Numbered from the stretch's first letter, positions 36,234 to 46,741 are shown. The stretch is DNA of 64,000 nt from Bacteroidota bacterium (GCA_035362335.1 DAOSDL010000005.1:12708-76707), one strand, 5' to 3'. Translations and numbers: made by a program. The notes: a model not told the origin generated them from the letters alone.

Positions 36234-36572
36234 ACGTTCCTCCTGTGTTGGCTGCTGTCCAGCATTATTCAGAATGATACGAATATAAGGATTTCAATCG
36301 TGAATGCAACGCCTATCGCATTTCGATCAATGTTTACAGGCCTTCGCAACAGGTGCGTGCAATGCGCGCCGCGCGTACCCCACGGTGCATTGCATGGAAC
36401 GCATATAGGTGCTCACGCATCGCATGCATGTGTTACGGCCGTGGGGCAGGAAAAATGATAAGCGATAAAAATTTCCGTATCTTGCCGATGTGATCCACGG
36501 AACCCTTCAGCACGCGTCCGGGTTGTTGAGAAGCAACCGGACGTCGCACCTCCACCTTTGCGTTACACCTGT

Positions 36573-38003
36573 ATGACTCGTCCCACGCTCTTCATTATCC
36601 TCGCCCTTCTGCAAGGCGCTCCCGCATGCATGGCCCAGGGACATGCCGACCTCAACGCGACAGACGTGGCAGTCTCACAACGCGATCTGCTGCTGCATGT
36701 GCAGTGGCTCGCCGACGATGCGCGCGAGGGACGCGAGGTGGGTTCACCGGGCAACGATTCCGCCGCGTTGTACATCGAAAAGGTCTTCGCTCGTCATGGT
36801 CTGTTGCCCGCAGGTGCCGCCGGCTACACGCAGGACTTCGAATTTCAGTCGCCGACCCGACTGTTTGAACACGCGCTGAGCCAGTTGCTCTCCGATTCTT
36901 CGGGTGATGGCGCATCGGTGAATACCGAGGCACTGCAGGCCACGCTTTCGAATCTGCTGAATCCCACGGCCTCCGCGGTCGCACATGCGCCATCGTACGA
37001 AGGTTCGACATCGGGTCCCACCGCCACCATCGACGGAATACCGTCGCTGCGTGCGCGCAACGTCCTCGGTTTGATCCGCGGTACGGACGCGCTGCGGCGC
37101 GACAGCGTAATAGTGATCGGTGCGCATTACGACCATGTGGGCTGGGGAGGAATGAGTTCGCGCAATCCTGGAGGTCCCCCGGAAATTCACAACGGCGCCG
37201 ACGACAATGCTTCGGGCGTGGCGGCGATGCTTGAATTGGCGGAATACTTCGCCGCCAAACCCACGGGTTACTCGCTGCTCTTCATCGCATTCAGCGCGGA
37301 GGAGCACGGACTCATCGGCTCGAGATTCTGGGTGGCCAATCCCACCATTCCGCTCGGGCGCGTGGTCGCGATGCTGAACCTCGACATGATCGGACGTCTT
37401 TCGGAAGACAAGCGCGCGCTTACCGTGTACGGCATGCACAGCTCGTCCCGCTGGTCGCCACTGCTGGATCAGGTCAACACGGCGCATCGTTTCACCCTGC
37501 GGCGCCTTGCCGCGGGAGGCAGCAGCGATCACAGCTCGTTCATCGACGGCGGCATACCATCACTCTTCCTGTTTACCGGCTTGCATAAGGATTATCACAC
37601 GCCCACCGACGATGTGGAGAAATTGAACGTCGAGGGTCTGGAGCAGGTGAGTCGTTTCGCCGCCGACGTCCTCGCCGCCATTGATCGTGGGCCACGCCCG
37701 ACATTCAATACGGCGTCCACAGCAACCGCTTCTCCGGCGAGAAAGCCAGGGCTCGGCATTCGTCTCGATCATGCCTGGGCTGGCGAGGGGGTGCGCGTGT
37801 TCGCTGTGAAAAAGAACAGCCCCGCCGACAGCGCCGGACTGCGCGCGGGCGATGTGCTGCTCCGCGTGGGTTTCGAAGAAGTGGGAACGGTGGCCGAGTA
37901 CCTCCGGGCGATCGGGCAGGCGAGAGAAGACGCACCGCTTCCGTTGCGCATCAAACGTGGCGACGAGATCATCGTGCTGTCCATTCCGCAAGGGCAGCAT
38001 TGA
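36573..38003 (+). CDS. M28-family aminopeptidase with a C-terminal PDZ domain
   Basis: Zn ligands in GAHYDHVGWGG and NGADDNASG, plus FSAEEHGLIGS. PDZ motifs GIRLDHAWAGEGVRVFAV...GLRAGDVLL. ATG at 36573 (the track uses TTG at 36558). Confidence 0.85.
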   Translation: MTRPTLFIILALLQGAPACMAQGHADLNATDVAVSQRDLLLHVQWLADDAREGREVGSPGNDSAALYIEKVFARHGLLPAGAAGYTQDFEFQSPTRLFEHALSQLLSDSSGDGASVNTEALQATLSNLLNPTASAVAHAPSYEGSTSGPTATIDGIPSLRARNVLGLIRGTDALRRDSVIVIGAHYDHVGWGGMSSRNPGGPPEIHNGADDNASGVAAMLELAEYFAAKPTGYSLLFIAFSAEEHGLIGSRFWVANPTIPLGRVVAMLNLDMIGRLSEDKRALTVYGMHSSSRWSPLLDQVNTAHRFTLRRLAAGGSSDHSSFIDGGIPSLFLFTGLHKDYHTPTDDVEKLNVEGLEQVSRFAADVLAAIDRGPRPTFNTASTATASPARKPGLGIRLDHAWAGEGVRVFAVKKNSPADSAGLRAGDVLLRVGFEEVGTVAEYLRAIGQAREDAPLPLRIKRGDEIIVLSIPQGQH

Positions 38004-38140
38004 CGCTGCCACCGGCGCGAGCCCCACTCCGCGAGTTTGAAGGAGTATTCGCAAGCTCCCGGGATTTTCGTACCAACGCATTGAAAAAAACTTGCTACAT
38101 TATTGAATTGCTGTTGTCACACATCATAGTTCGACATACC

Positions 38141-39913
38141 ATGAAGCGCGTTCTCCTGACACTCGGCTTGCTCGCCTCCTTCGCAATGACCCTTCACGCG
38201 CAGTCGGAGGAATCCCCCGAAATCACCGTGGAGGAACTCCGCCAGCATGTCGGTCGGCTGGCCTCCGACGACTGGATGGGACGCAAGCCCGGGCACAGCG
38301 GCTGTGACGAAGCCGCCGAGTACCTGCGCGATCATCTGCGCACGGCGGGAGTGACAATGCTGGGTGAGGACGGCTTTCAGAATTTCGATATCACCACCGA
38401 CATGCTGCCTTCGCCCGATTGCGCCGCGCGCGTGGGCGACGCCGCGTTGGTAATGGACAAGGATTTTCGGCCCGTGGTGTTCTCGGGCAATGCAACGCTC
38501 AAGGCGCGTGTGCTGTGGGTGGGCTACGGTTTCGATTTTGAAAAGGATAAAAGCACGTGGCGGGATTACGAAGGCCTCGATGTGAAAGGTGCCTGGGTGC
38601 TGATTCTGCGCGGAAGCCCCGACGATAAGAGTGGTGATTACGATCCGTGGTCGTCGCTGCGCGCCAAGGCGCTCGCCGCGCGCGACAAGGGCGCCGCCGG
38701 CGTACTCTTCGTGTCCGGCCCCGTCGGCGACAAGGACGACAAGCTGGTCGATGTCCGCTGGCAGATGCAGGACACACCGATGGATATTCCCTTGTTGAGT
38801 ATTTCGCGCGGCGTTGCCGATCGGCTGCTCGATGGCGCAACCGTCGCCGAGTTGGAGGCGCGCCTCATCGCCGGCAAGCAGCCCGTGCGCTGCGCCACCA
38901 AGGGCGAGGTCGATGCCACCGTGCGCATGCTGCCCAAGACCATCACGACGCGCAATGTCATCGGCGTGGTGGAGGGAAGCGACGCCGCGTTGAAGGACGA
39001 GTACGTGCTCATCGGCGCGCATTACGATCATCTGGGCATGGGCGGTCCGGGCAGCGGCTCGCGCCGTCCCGACACCGTGGCAGTGCACAATGGCGCCGAC
39101 GACAACGCCTCCGGCACCGCAGCCGTGATGGAAATTATGGAACGGGTCGCCGCCTACAGGAATGAATTCCGTCGCAGCGTACTGGTGGCATTGTTCAGCG
39201 CCGAGGAAATGGGGTTGGTCGGATCGAAGGAGTATGTGAACAATCCGCCGGTGGATCTCAAGAAGGTCACGCTCATGTGCAATCTCGACATGGTGGGACG
39301 CCTCGACACCGCCCGCGCGATCAGCGTTGGAGGCACGGGCACGGCCAAGGATTTGAACATCATCGTCGAGGCCGCGGCGCGGCAGCATCAACTGCGCGCG
39401 ACCATGTCGCCCGAGGGCTTTGGGCCCTCCGATCATGCCGCATTTTATTCAAAGGACATCCCGGTGCTGTTTTATTTCACCGGCGTGCACGACGACTACC
39501 ATACGCCGTTCGACGACGCGGAGTTGATCAATTACGACGGACAGAAAATCGTGGCCGACATGGTCTTCGATGTGCTGCGTGATGCGGGCGGCCGCGATAG
39601 CCGACTCGTCTTCCAGGAAGCGGGCCCCAAGTCGCGTCCGCAAGGCGCGGCACGCTACAAGGTGACGCTCGGCATCATGCCCGATGTGTCTGGTGGCGAC
39701 GGCAAGGGCTTGCGCGTGGACGCGGTGATGAAGGATAGGCCCGCCGAGCGCGCGGGTTTGAAGAAGGGCGATGTGATCGTCAGCATGGAAGGAAAAAGTG
39801 TCACCGGCGTGTACGACTACATGGCGCGGCTCGGTGAATTCAAGGTGGGGCAGCGCATCAGCGTCGAGGCCCTGCGTGACGGCAAGCGTCACGTGTTTAT
39901 TGTCGAACTCTAA
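38141..39913 (+). CDS. M28-family peptidase with a PA-like insert and a C-terminal PDZ domain (paralog of the upstream gene)
   Basis: ATG at 38141 (MKRVLLTLGLLASFAMTLHAQ signal peptide). Motifs GAHYDHLGMGG, HNGADDNASGTA, FSAEEMGLVGS. PDZ segment GIMPDVSGGDGKGLRVDAV...GLKKGDVIV. Confidence 0.85.
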   Translation: MKRVLLTLGLLASFAMTLHAQSEESPEITVEELRQHVGRLASDDWMGRKPGHSGCDEAAEYLRDHLRTAGVTMLGEDGFQNFDITTDMLPSPDCAARVGDAALVMDKDFRPVVFSGNATLKARVLWVGYGFDFEKDKSTWRDYEGLDVKGAWVLILRGSPDDKSGDYDPWSSLRAKALAARDKGAAGVLFVSGPVGDKDDKLVDVRWQMQDTPMDIPLLSISRGVADRLLDGATVAELEARLIAGKQPVRCATKGEVDATVRMLPKTITTRNVIGVVEGSDAALKDEYVLIGAHYDHLGMGGPGSGSRRPDTVAVHNGADDNASGTAAVMEIMERVAAYRNEFRRSVLVALFSAEEMGLVGSKEYVNNPPVDLKKVTLMCNLDMVGRLDTARAISVGGTGTAKDLNIIVEAAARQHQLRATMSPEGFGPSDHAAFYSKDIPVLFYFTGVHDDYHTPFDDAELINYDGQKIVADMVFDVLRDAGGRDSRLVFQEAGPKSRPQGAARYKVTLGIMPDVSGGDGKGLRVDAVMKDRPAERAGLKKGDVIVSMEGKSVTGVYDYMARLGEFKVGQRISVEALRDGKRHVFIVEL

Positions 39914-39955
39914 ATGAAGAAAGGCGACGGTCTCGCTCCCGTCGAATAGATACGT

Positions 39956-42148
39956 ATGAAGCTGGGATGTACCGCGTCGGCGCGACGCGGAGCGTGCGCC
40001 GTGGCGCTGCTCGTCCTTCTCGCACCTCTTCTCCACGCGCAAACAGGCAGCATACACGGCACGGTCGTGCTCGAGGATCTGCCTCGCGGCGTGGCGGGTG
40101 TGAATATCGTCATTCCCGGCGGCACGCACGGGACTATCACCGACACGCGCGGTGCCTTCACCATCCCTGATGTGCCCGAAGGTGTGTACCGCGTCCGTGC
40201 TTCCTATATCGGCTACGCTCCGGTGCTGCGCGACAGCGTGCGCGTCCGTGCCGGCGAACGCACGGAGTTGCGCATCGTGCTCACCTCCTCGCCCTTCCTT
40301 CTCGACGAAGTAGTGGTGACGGGTACGCTCAATCAGCATTTGCTCAAAGACAGCCCGGTACTGACCGAGGTGATGTCGTCGCGGGATTTGCGCATGGTGG
40401 GCAGTTCCGATCTCGCGGATATCATGCGTTCGCACACGGGCATCGAAATCGGCACAGGCATCGGACAGACGCAGAGTGCGCAGTTGCACGGCCTGAGCGA
40501 CAATCACGTCCTTGTGTTGGTGGATGGCGAACGGGTGACGGGCAAGGTGGATGGCGCGGTGGATCTCGGGCAGATTCCCGTGCAGGCCATTGAAAAAATC
40601 GAAGTGGTGAAAGGCCCGTTGTCCGCGAAGTACGGCACCGATGCCATCGGTGGTGTGATCAACATCATCACACGCAAGGCGGGCGAGGGTAGCCGCGCAA
40701 CAGTGGCCGCGCATGTGGGCGGCTACGAGCGCCGCGATATCGAGGCGAGTGCTTCGCACAGCGTGACGGACGCGTTCGGCGCGGGCAGCATGCTCGGCGT
40801 ATTCGTGAATGCCGCGTGGAATTCCTTCGGCGGCGTGGATTACAACGCGTCCGACAATTTCATGGAAATGCCCGAGCGCGACCGCAAGCATGTGGGAGTA
40901 AAAACGGACATGCGCATCTCGGATGCGCTGTCCTTCGATTTGCGTGGCGAGTACTACCGCGACCGCAGCGAATGGCTCGCCGGCAATCCGAGCGTGTTCT
41001 TCCGCGACATCGCCGGAAATGACAAATGGACCGGCACGGCGTCGGCCCGTTACGCATTCTCGCCCCTGACCTCGCTTTCCGCCACGGCGCATGTTTCCAC
41101 CAACGACCACAGTTCCATCGAGGAATCGCGTTCGGGCAACAGATTGCGCGATGATGCTTCCAAGGAGCGGATAGAAACCGCACGCCTGCAATTCGCGACA
41201 GCGCCGTACGGCAACAGCATCGTCACCCTTGGCTATGAATACACCGCCGAGCGCGCCGAAAGCGACCGGCTCGACAATCGCAGCAAGGCGTATTACAACA
41301 ACGTGCTCTACGCGGAGGACGAATGGTCGATGGGACCGGTGATGATTTCGGTGGGCGGGCGCTTTTCGCACAACAGCGTGTACGGCAACTTCTTCGCGCC
41401 GCGTGTGAGCGGCGTGTGGAAGGTGGATGAACAACTCACCTTGCGCGCTTCGTACGGACGCGGTTTCCGCGCGCCGAGCATCAACGAACTGTACATCGAT
41501 TTTCCCAACAACGGCGTGGGTTATATCGTGAAGGGCGAACCCACGTTAAAAGCTGAATCCTCGCACGGCTACAACGCCGGACTGCAATACGCGCGCGACA
41601 ACCTGGTGTGGCTGCGTGTGAACGCGTACCGCAACGACCTGACCAATCTCATCGACTACTACGTGCGCTCGGGTAATCCCATCACGCTGTCGTACCGCAA
41701 CATCGCCACCGCCGTCACCATGGGGGTGGATGTGGACATCGACATGCAACTGCACTCCTCGCTGCTGCTCGGCGCGGGGTATGGCTATACGGTGGCGGAG
41801 GATGGGGCCGGGCGCGACCTGCCGTTCCGCACGCCGCATTCCCTGACGCTGCGCCTGCGGCACGACTGGGCGATGACGGGACTGCGCACCTTCGTACGCG
41901 CGCGGTGGTTCGACCGCAAACTCGTGACCGACGAGCAGATCAACCTTTCCATTTACACTGGAGGCGGGGATGCGAAATTCTTCCATACGCCCGCATACGC
42001 CGTGGTGGATGTGCGCTTCTCCCGCGTGCTCTTCGACCGCCTCGAAGTTTCGGCGGGCGTACACAATGCCACCGATCAAACCTTCTATCCCTTCGGGCAG
42101 ATCAAGGGACGCGAATGGTTTGCCGGCGCGACCTGGACCATCGAATGA
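39956..42148 (+). CDS. TonB-dependent outer-membrane receptor with an N-terminal carboxypeptidase-regulatory-like domain
   Basis: Signal peptide. CarbopepD_reg-like segment (GSIHGTVVLED...GVYRVRASYIGY). Plug domain, beta-barrel, and a C-terminal aromatic residue. Confidence 0.85.
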   Translation: MKLGCTASARRGACAVALLVLLAPLLHAQTGSIHGTVVLEDLPRGVAGVNIVIPGGTHGTITDTRGAFTIPDVPEGVYRVRASYIGYAPVLRDSVRVRAGERTELRIVLTSSPFLLDEVVVTGTLNQHLLKDSPVLTEVMSSRDLRMVGSSDLADIMRSHTGIEIGTGIGQTQSAQLHGLSDNHVLVLVDGERVTGKVDGAVDLGQIPVQAIEKIEVVKGPLSAKYGTDAIGGVINIITRKAGEGSRATVAAHVGGYERRDIEASASHSVTDAFGAGSMLGVFVNAAWNSFGGVDYNASDNFMEMPERDRKHVGVKTDMRISDALSFDLRGEYYRDRSEWLAGNPSVFFRDIAGNDKWTGTASARYAFSPLTSLSATAHVSTNDHSSIEESRSGNRLRDDASKERIETARLQFATAPYGNSIVTLGYEYTAERAESDRLDNRSKAYYNNVLYAEDEWSMGPVMISVGGRFSHNSVYGNFFAPRVSGVWKVDEQLTLRASYGRGFRAPSINELYIDFPNNGVGYIVKGEPTLKAESSHGYNAGLQYARDNLVWLRVNAYRNDLTNLIDYYVRSGNPITLSYRNIATAVTMGVDVDIDMQLHSSLLLGAGYGYTVAEDGAGRDLPFRTPHSLTLRLRHDWAMTGLRTFVRARWFDRKLVTDEQINLSIYTGGGDAKFFHTPAYAVVDVRFSRVLFDRLEVSAGVHNATDQTFYPFGQIKGREWFAGATWTIE

Positions 42149-42221
42149 TTCGACAACGGCGCCGCTGTGTGCGCCGAGGCATGCATGTTCATTCTCATCG
42201 TTTCACTGAAAGGATCGTTCC

Positions 42222-43202
42222 ATGAAATACTTCCGTACACTGCTCCTGTTGGGGCTGACTCTCACGCTGTTTTCGGCGTGCAGCGACGACGACGACAGCG
42301 GCAACAATCCGCAGCCCACACAGAACCCAAGCTACACCTCGGGGAATGTGAAGAGCGGCGCCATCTACTATAGTTTCGATCAGGAGAAGGAAAGCATCCA
42401 GTGGGATGTGAAATTCGGCTCCTACACCATGCCCGGCTCTCCCGTGGCCATTCCGATGTTTCTGCTCAACGATGCGAAACTCGGTAACAGTTACGTGCGC
42501 ATTTACAACAGCGAGGCCACCGCACTCGATGCCGTGACCACGGTGGATGCCGGCAAACTCGGCACTGATGTGCAACGGCTTGTGCAGGGCGCCAATTGGT
42601 TCGATTATAATCCACTCACGCATCAGGTGTCGTCCAAAGGCCAGGTGTATGTGGTCGAAGCGTCGAACGGCCACATGGTGAAATTCCGCATCGACAGTTT
42701 CGATCAGACGCAGAACAGCTTTGCCTTGTCCTATGCGCATTACGACATGAGCACCAGCACCTGGGGCATGGTGATGCAGTCCACGGTGAACATCGCCGCC
42801 GGTGAGAAACTGTTCAGTTTCGCGAAAGGCGAAGTTGCCGTGCAGCCCTGGGATGTGAAGCTCACCGTGCTTTCCGTACCCACGCCCATTGGTCCGATGA
42901 ATTTCCCCGGCATCGTGCTCAACGGCGCCGCCGGCGTGAAAGCCGCAATCGTCAACGGCACACCCTTTGCCGATGTGAATGCCGCCACAGTCGCGCCCCT
43001 GCTTGCCGACGGTGATACCACCTACGTGATCGGTACGACCTGCCTGAACTACGACGAGAATTCTCATCGCCTGTCGCCGTTCACCGATCGCACCTTCGTT
43101 GTGCAGAGCACATCCGGCAAGCGGTACAAATTCCGTATGCTCGGCTACTACAACGATCAGGGTCTGAGTGGTTTCATGAAATTCGAGTATGTGAAACCCT
43201 GA
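42222..43202 (+). CDS. HmuY-family-like lipoprotein (putative haem/tetrapyrrole-binding partner of the flanking receptors)
   Basis: Lipobox LTLFSAC followed by DDDDSGNN. 326 aa. Sits between two TonB-dependent receptors. The family assignment is by context and composition only. Confidence 0.5.
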   Translation: MKYFRTLLLLGLTLTLFSACSDDDDSGNNPQPTQNPSYTSGNVKSGAIYYSFDQEKESIQWDVKFGSYTMPGSPVAIPMFLLNDAKLGNSYVRIYNSEATALDAVTTVDAGKLGTDVQRLVQGANWFDYNPLTHQVSSKGQVYVVEASNGHMVKFRIDSFDQTQNSFALSYAHYDMSTSTWGMVMQSTVNIAAGEKLFSFAKGEVAVQPWDVKLTVLSVPTPIGPMNFPGIVLNGAAGVKAAIVNGTPFADVNAATVAPLLADGDTTYVIGTTCLNYDENSHRLSPFTDRTFVVQSTSGKRYKFRMLGYYNDQGLSGFMKFEYVKP

Positions 43203-43222
43203 CCCTCGGCGGACAATGAAGC

Positions 43223-43279
43223 ATGGAGGGATGTGCCGCGCTCGATGCGCACGGCCATCCCTCCATTCGATTTTTCTCG
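43223..43279 (+). terminator. Hairpin plus T-tract after the lipoprotein gene
   Basis: atggagggatg ... catccctccat (22-nt loop with an inner stem), then tcgatttttctcg. Confidence 0.5.
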
Positions 43280-43492
43280 ACATAGCGCCGGATCCTTGTA
43301 AATGGGATATTGGGTGTCTGAAAAAGATTTCGTAGGTTGTTACAGGCATGGCCGCCTGGAGAACGGCCGTGATGGGAGAGGCAGGATGTCACAGCAACCC
43401 TGTGCCCACGGGTGCGGGGCGAAGCCGGATCACGCGCGTTGTGCTTTCCGCGTGTCCCTGTGTACATTCACTGCAACAAGGTGTTGATTGCC

Positions 43493-45781
43493 ATGCGTAC
43501 CCTTTCCATTGTCATGCTGATACTGTTCGCCACGAGTTCGCGCGCCCTGTTGGCGCAGCACGCGGCGATTTCCGGTACCGTCACTTCGTCGGATGGCGCG
43601 CCGCTGTCTGCGGCGCATGTTGCGCTGCCGGATGCGCTGCGCGGCGTGGTGGCGGACGAGCAGGGCAGGTTTTACATTTCCGGCGTCGAAGCCGGGCGGC
43701 AGCGCCTGCGCGTGACGCATGTAGGTTTTCGCGTCGAGGAACGCGAAATCGTTGTGGAGCAGGGCGCGACGCTGCGCCTGACCATTACGCTGCAACCGAC
43801 AACAGTCGACATGGGCGAAGTGCGTGTGAGCGCCACGCGCTCGGAAGAACTCGTGCGCAATGTGCCCTTGCCCATGCAGGTCGCCGTGTCCGAACAGCTC
43901 CTGCGCGCCCCCTCGGTGGGCATCGCCGACGCGCTGGACGCGCAACCGGGTGTGGCGTTGATTCGCGATGGCGTGTGGGGTACGGATGTCAGCATACGCG
44001 GACTTGGGCGCAGCAATGTGGTCACACTCGTGGATGGCGCCCGCATCGAAACCGCCACCAATCATGCCGCCGGCCTGAGTCTGGTCGACATCAACGATGT
44101 GGATCGCGTGGAGGTGATTCGCGGCGCGGCGTCCACGCTGTACGGAAGCGGCGCCACCGGCGGTGTGGTGAACATCATCAGCGGCAGCGGACATTACAGC
44201 GACGCATTCCGCTTCAGTGGCGCGCTTGGATCCGGTTACGGCAGTGCAAACAACGGCGCTACTGGAACGCTGGCACTTGATGCCTCGGCCACGCAGTGGT
44301 TCGCGCGGCTGAGCAGTACACTGCGCAGCGCCGAAGACGTGCGCACACCGCTCGGCACGCTGCGCGACAGCCGGTATCACGACCATGCGCTGTCCGCTTC
44401 GGCGGGCTTGCGCCCATGGGATGGGCAGGAAGTGAGCGCACGCTATCAACGCGTCCGCGCCGAGGATGTGGGCATTCCGGGAGGAGCATCCTTTCCGGCG
44501 AACGCCAGCGCGCGCTATCCGATGGAGGAACGCGAACTCTTCACCGCCGCATGGACGTCCACCGCGCCTCTGCCGGCCGTGCGGCAACTCACGCTGCGCT
44601 ACGTGCATCAGCTCATCGAGCGCGATGTGGAACTGCGCTCCTCTCCCGTGGTGACGCTGCGTCCCTCGGCCGAGCACAGCATGCACGGTGTGCAGCTCCT
44701 CGGCAATCTGCGCTTCGGCGAGCGCCACAACATCAGCAGCGGCGTGGATGCCTGGCAGCGCCGCTACACCGGACGACGTCTGCGCGAGAATGCGGCTACC
44801 AAGACCACGGTGGCCGACATGCCTCTTCCCAACGCCACATTCCGCAGCATCGGTGTGTTCGCGCAAGATGAAATCGCGCTGTTCGACGGCGCAACGCGCA
44901 TCACCGTTGGCGGCCGCGCCGATCTGATCCATGTGTGGAACGACGAGGCCTACAACATTCTCTACATCGAAAGCAATGGCGTGCGCAACACCGCTCCGCC
45001 TTCGCGCGTGCTGCGATGGACCGCCGCGGAAGGGCAGGATGTGTCCTGGAGCGCCTATGCTGGCGTGCTGCACCGTGTGAGCGGCGCGTTGGATCTCACG
45101 CTCAACCTCGCGCGTTCCTTCCGCGCACCCGCGCTGGAGGAGCGCTACCAGTACATCGAGCTGGGCGGATCGACGTATATCGGTGATCCCGATCTGGCAT
45201 CCGAACAGGCCACCGCGCTGGATCTCGGCGTGCGTTTGCGCCACGAGCGCGTGAGTGTCACCGCCAATGCCTTCGCGAATTTCATGAACGATCTCGTGGT
45301 GGATCGGCAAGTACTCGACACGCTGTACGTGAAAGACAACGTGGGCGAAGCGCGATTGCTGGGTGGAGAACTTGGCGTGGAGTACAATCCCGTCGCGCGC
45401 TTCGTGCTCTACGGTACGCTCTCGTACGTGCGTGGTCGTGACACAGGCAAGGACAGCGATCTGCCGGCGATTCCGCCGCTCACCGCCGTCGCCGGACTGC
45501 GCCTGCCGCTGTGGGATCTGGGACATGCGGACGTATCACTTATGGCGACGGATGATCAGGAGCACGTGGCGACGGGAGAGAAGAGCACGCCGGGCACCGC
45601 GGTGGTAAACGCACGTCTGCGGTCGAACACCCTGCGCTTCGCCGGGTTGGGCGTGCAACTGTTCGCCGGTGTGGAGAATCTCTTCGATCGCGCCTGGCGT
45701 CGACATATTTCGACGCTGCGCGGATTGGTGAATGTGGAGCCCGGGCGCAATGTGTATGTTCGCGTGCGCATGCTGTGGTGA
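43493..45781 (+). CDS. TonB-dependent outer-membrane receptor
   Basis: ATG at 43493 (MRTLSIVMLILFATSSRALLAQ). CarbopepD_reg-like N-terminus, plug (IRGLGRSNVVTLVDGARIE), barrel, and terminal W. Confidence 0.85.
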   Translation: MRTLSIVMLILFATSSRALLAQHAAISGTVTSSDGAPLSAAHVALPDALRGVVADEQGRFYISGVEAGRQRLRVTHVGFRVEEREIVVEQGATLRLTITLQPTTVDMGEVRVSATRSEELVRNVPLPMQVAVSEQLLRAPSVGIADALDAQPGVALIRDGVWGTDVSIRGLGRSNVVTLVDGARIETATNHAAGLSLVDINDVDRVEVIRGAASTLYGSGATGGVVNIISGSGHYSDAFRFSGALGSGYGSANNGATGTLALDASATQWFARLSSTLRSAEDVRTPLGTLRDSRYHDHALSASAGLRPWDGQEVSARYQRVRAEDVGIPGGASFPANASARYPMEERELFTAAWTSTAPLPAVRQLTLRYVHQLIERDVELRSSPVVTLRPSAEHSMHGVQLLGNLRFGERHNISSGVDAWQRRYTGRRLRENAATKTTVADMPLPNATFRSIGVFAQDEIALFDGATRITVGGRADLIHVWNDEAYNILYIESNGVRNTAPPSRVLRWTAAEGQDVSWSAYAGVLHRVSGALDLTLNLARSFRAPALEERYQYIELGGSTYIGDPDLASEQATALDLGVRLRHERVSVTANAFANFMNDLVVDRQVLDTLYVKDNVGEARLLGGELGVEYNPVARFVLYGTLSYVRGRDTGKDSDLPAIPPLTAVAGLRLPLWDLGHADVSLMATDDQEHVATGEKSTPGTAVVNARLRSNTLRFAGLGVQLFAGVENLFDRAWRRHISTLRGLVNVEPGRNVYVRVRMLW

Positions 45782-45817
45782 GCGCATGAATGAGCTTGCG
45801 ATGCGAAGGAGGGTGAA

Positions 45818-46693
45818 GTGAGCTGGTTCTGGCTGGCGCTGCTCTCCGCCGCCTTGTCGGCGGCCGCGGCCATCACGCAGAAAAAGGTACTCTTCCGCAT
45901 GGAAGCCCTGGATTTTTCCTGGCTGCTGTCGCTGTTGACCTTGCTGCTGTCGTTGCCCTTGTTCGTGCTGGTGGACTACAGCCGCGTCACGCCGGAGGCG
46001 CTGTTCGTGCTGTTCGGGAAAAATATACTCGGCGCGCTGGCCTTTTACTGCGTGATGCAATCCATTCGACGACTCGAGCTGAGCAGTGCGCTGCCCATGA
46101 TGACGCTCACGCCGGGCATCGTCGCTGTGGCTGCATGGCCGCTGCTCGGGGAGGCCTTGCGCGGCATGGAGTTGCTGGGCATGCTGCTGTTGCTGATCGG
46201 CACCTATCTGATGGAGATGGTGAAAGGAAAAAGCATCTGGCATCCGTTTTCCGTGTATCTGCGTTCGCCGCATCACAAGTACATCACCGCGGCCTTGCTG
46301 CTGTTTGCCGCCACCTCGATACTGGACAAAGTGCTGCTCACCGATCTCCGCATGGGTCCCGTGCCGCTGGTAGCGTTTCAACATGCGTTCAACGTGCTGG
46401 TATTCGCGGCCTTCATGCTGATCATGCGCAGGCCTCTGCGTCCTGCACGCGCGGTGGTGGCGCCCGTGCTACCCTGGATCGCGCTGGTGGGCGTGATGAC
46501 GCTTGGTTATCGTTTCGCGCAGGTCGAAGCCGTGGCGCTCGCGCCGGTGGCACTGGTATTGGCCGTGAAACGCACCTCGGTGTTCATGGCCGCCATGGTG
46601 GGTGGCTCGCTGTTCGAGGAGAGCGCGCTCGCGCGCAAGGCCGTCGCAATTGTGCTGTTACTGGCCGGCGCGTTGTGCATCGTGGGACTGTGA
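45818..46693 (+). CDS. EamA/DMT-family transporter (10 TM)
   Basis: GTG start at 45818 with an AAGGAGGG ribosome-binding site 5 nt upstream. 291 aa. Confidence 0.72.
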   Translation: MSWFWLALLSAALSAAAAITQKKVLFRMEALDFSWLLSLLTLLLSLPLFVLVDYSRVTPEALFVLFGKNILGALAFYCVMQSIRRLELSSALPMMTLTPGIVAVAAWPLLGEALRGMELLGMLLLLIGTYLMEMVKGKSIWHPFSVYLRSPHHKYITAALLLFAATSILDKVLLTDLRMGPVPLVAFQHAFNVLVFAAFMLIMRRPLRPARAVVAPVLPWIALVGVMTLGYRFAQVEAVALAPVALVLAVKRTSVFMAAMVGGSLFEESALARKAVAIVLLLAGALCIVGL

Positions 46694-46741
46694 GGCGAGA
46701 GGCACCGGCGTACGGTGTTGAAGCGTGCATGAGAGTGGCGT

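Noticed and set aside
39914-39955. Cobalamin riboswitch upstream of the first TonB-dependent receptor
   Set aside because: The gap is only about 42 nt and contains a small terminator-like hairpin. It is far too short for a B12 riboswitch, and no B12 box is present.
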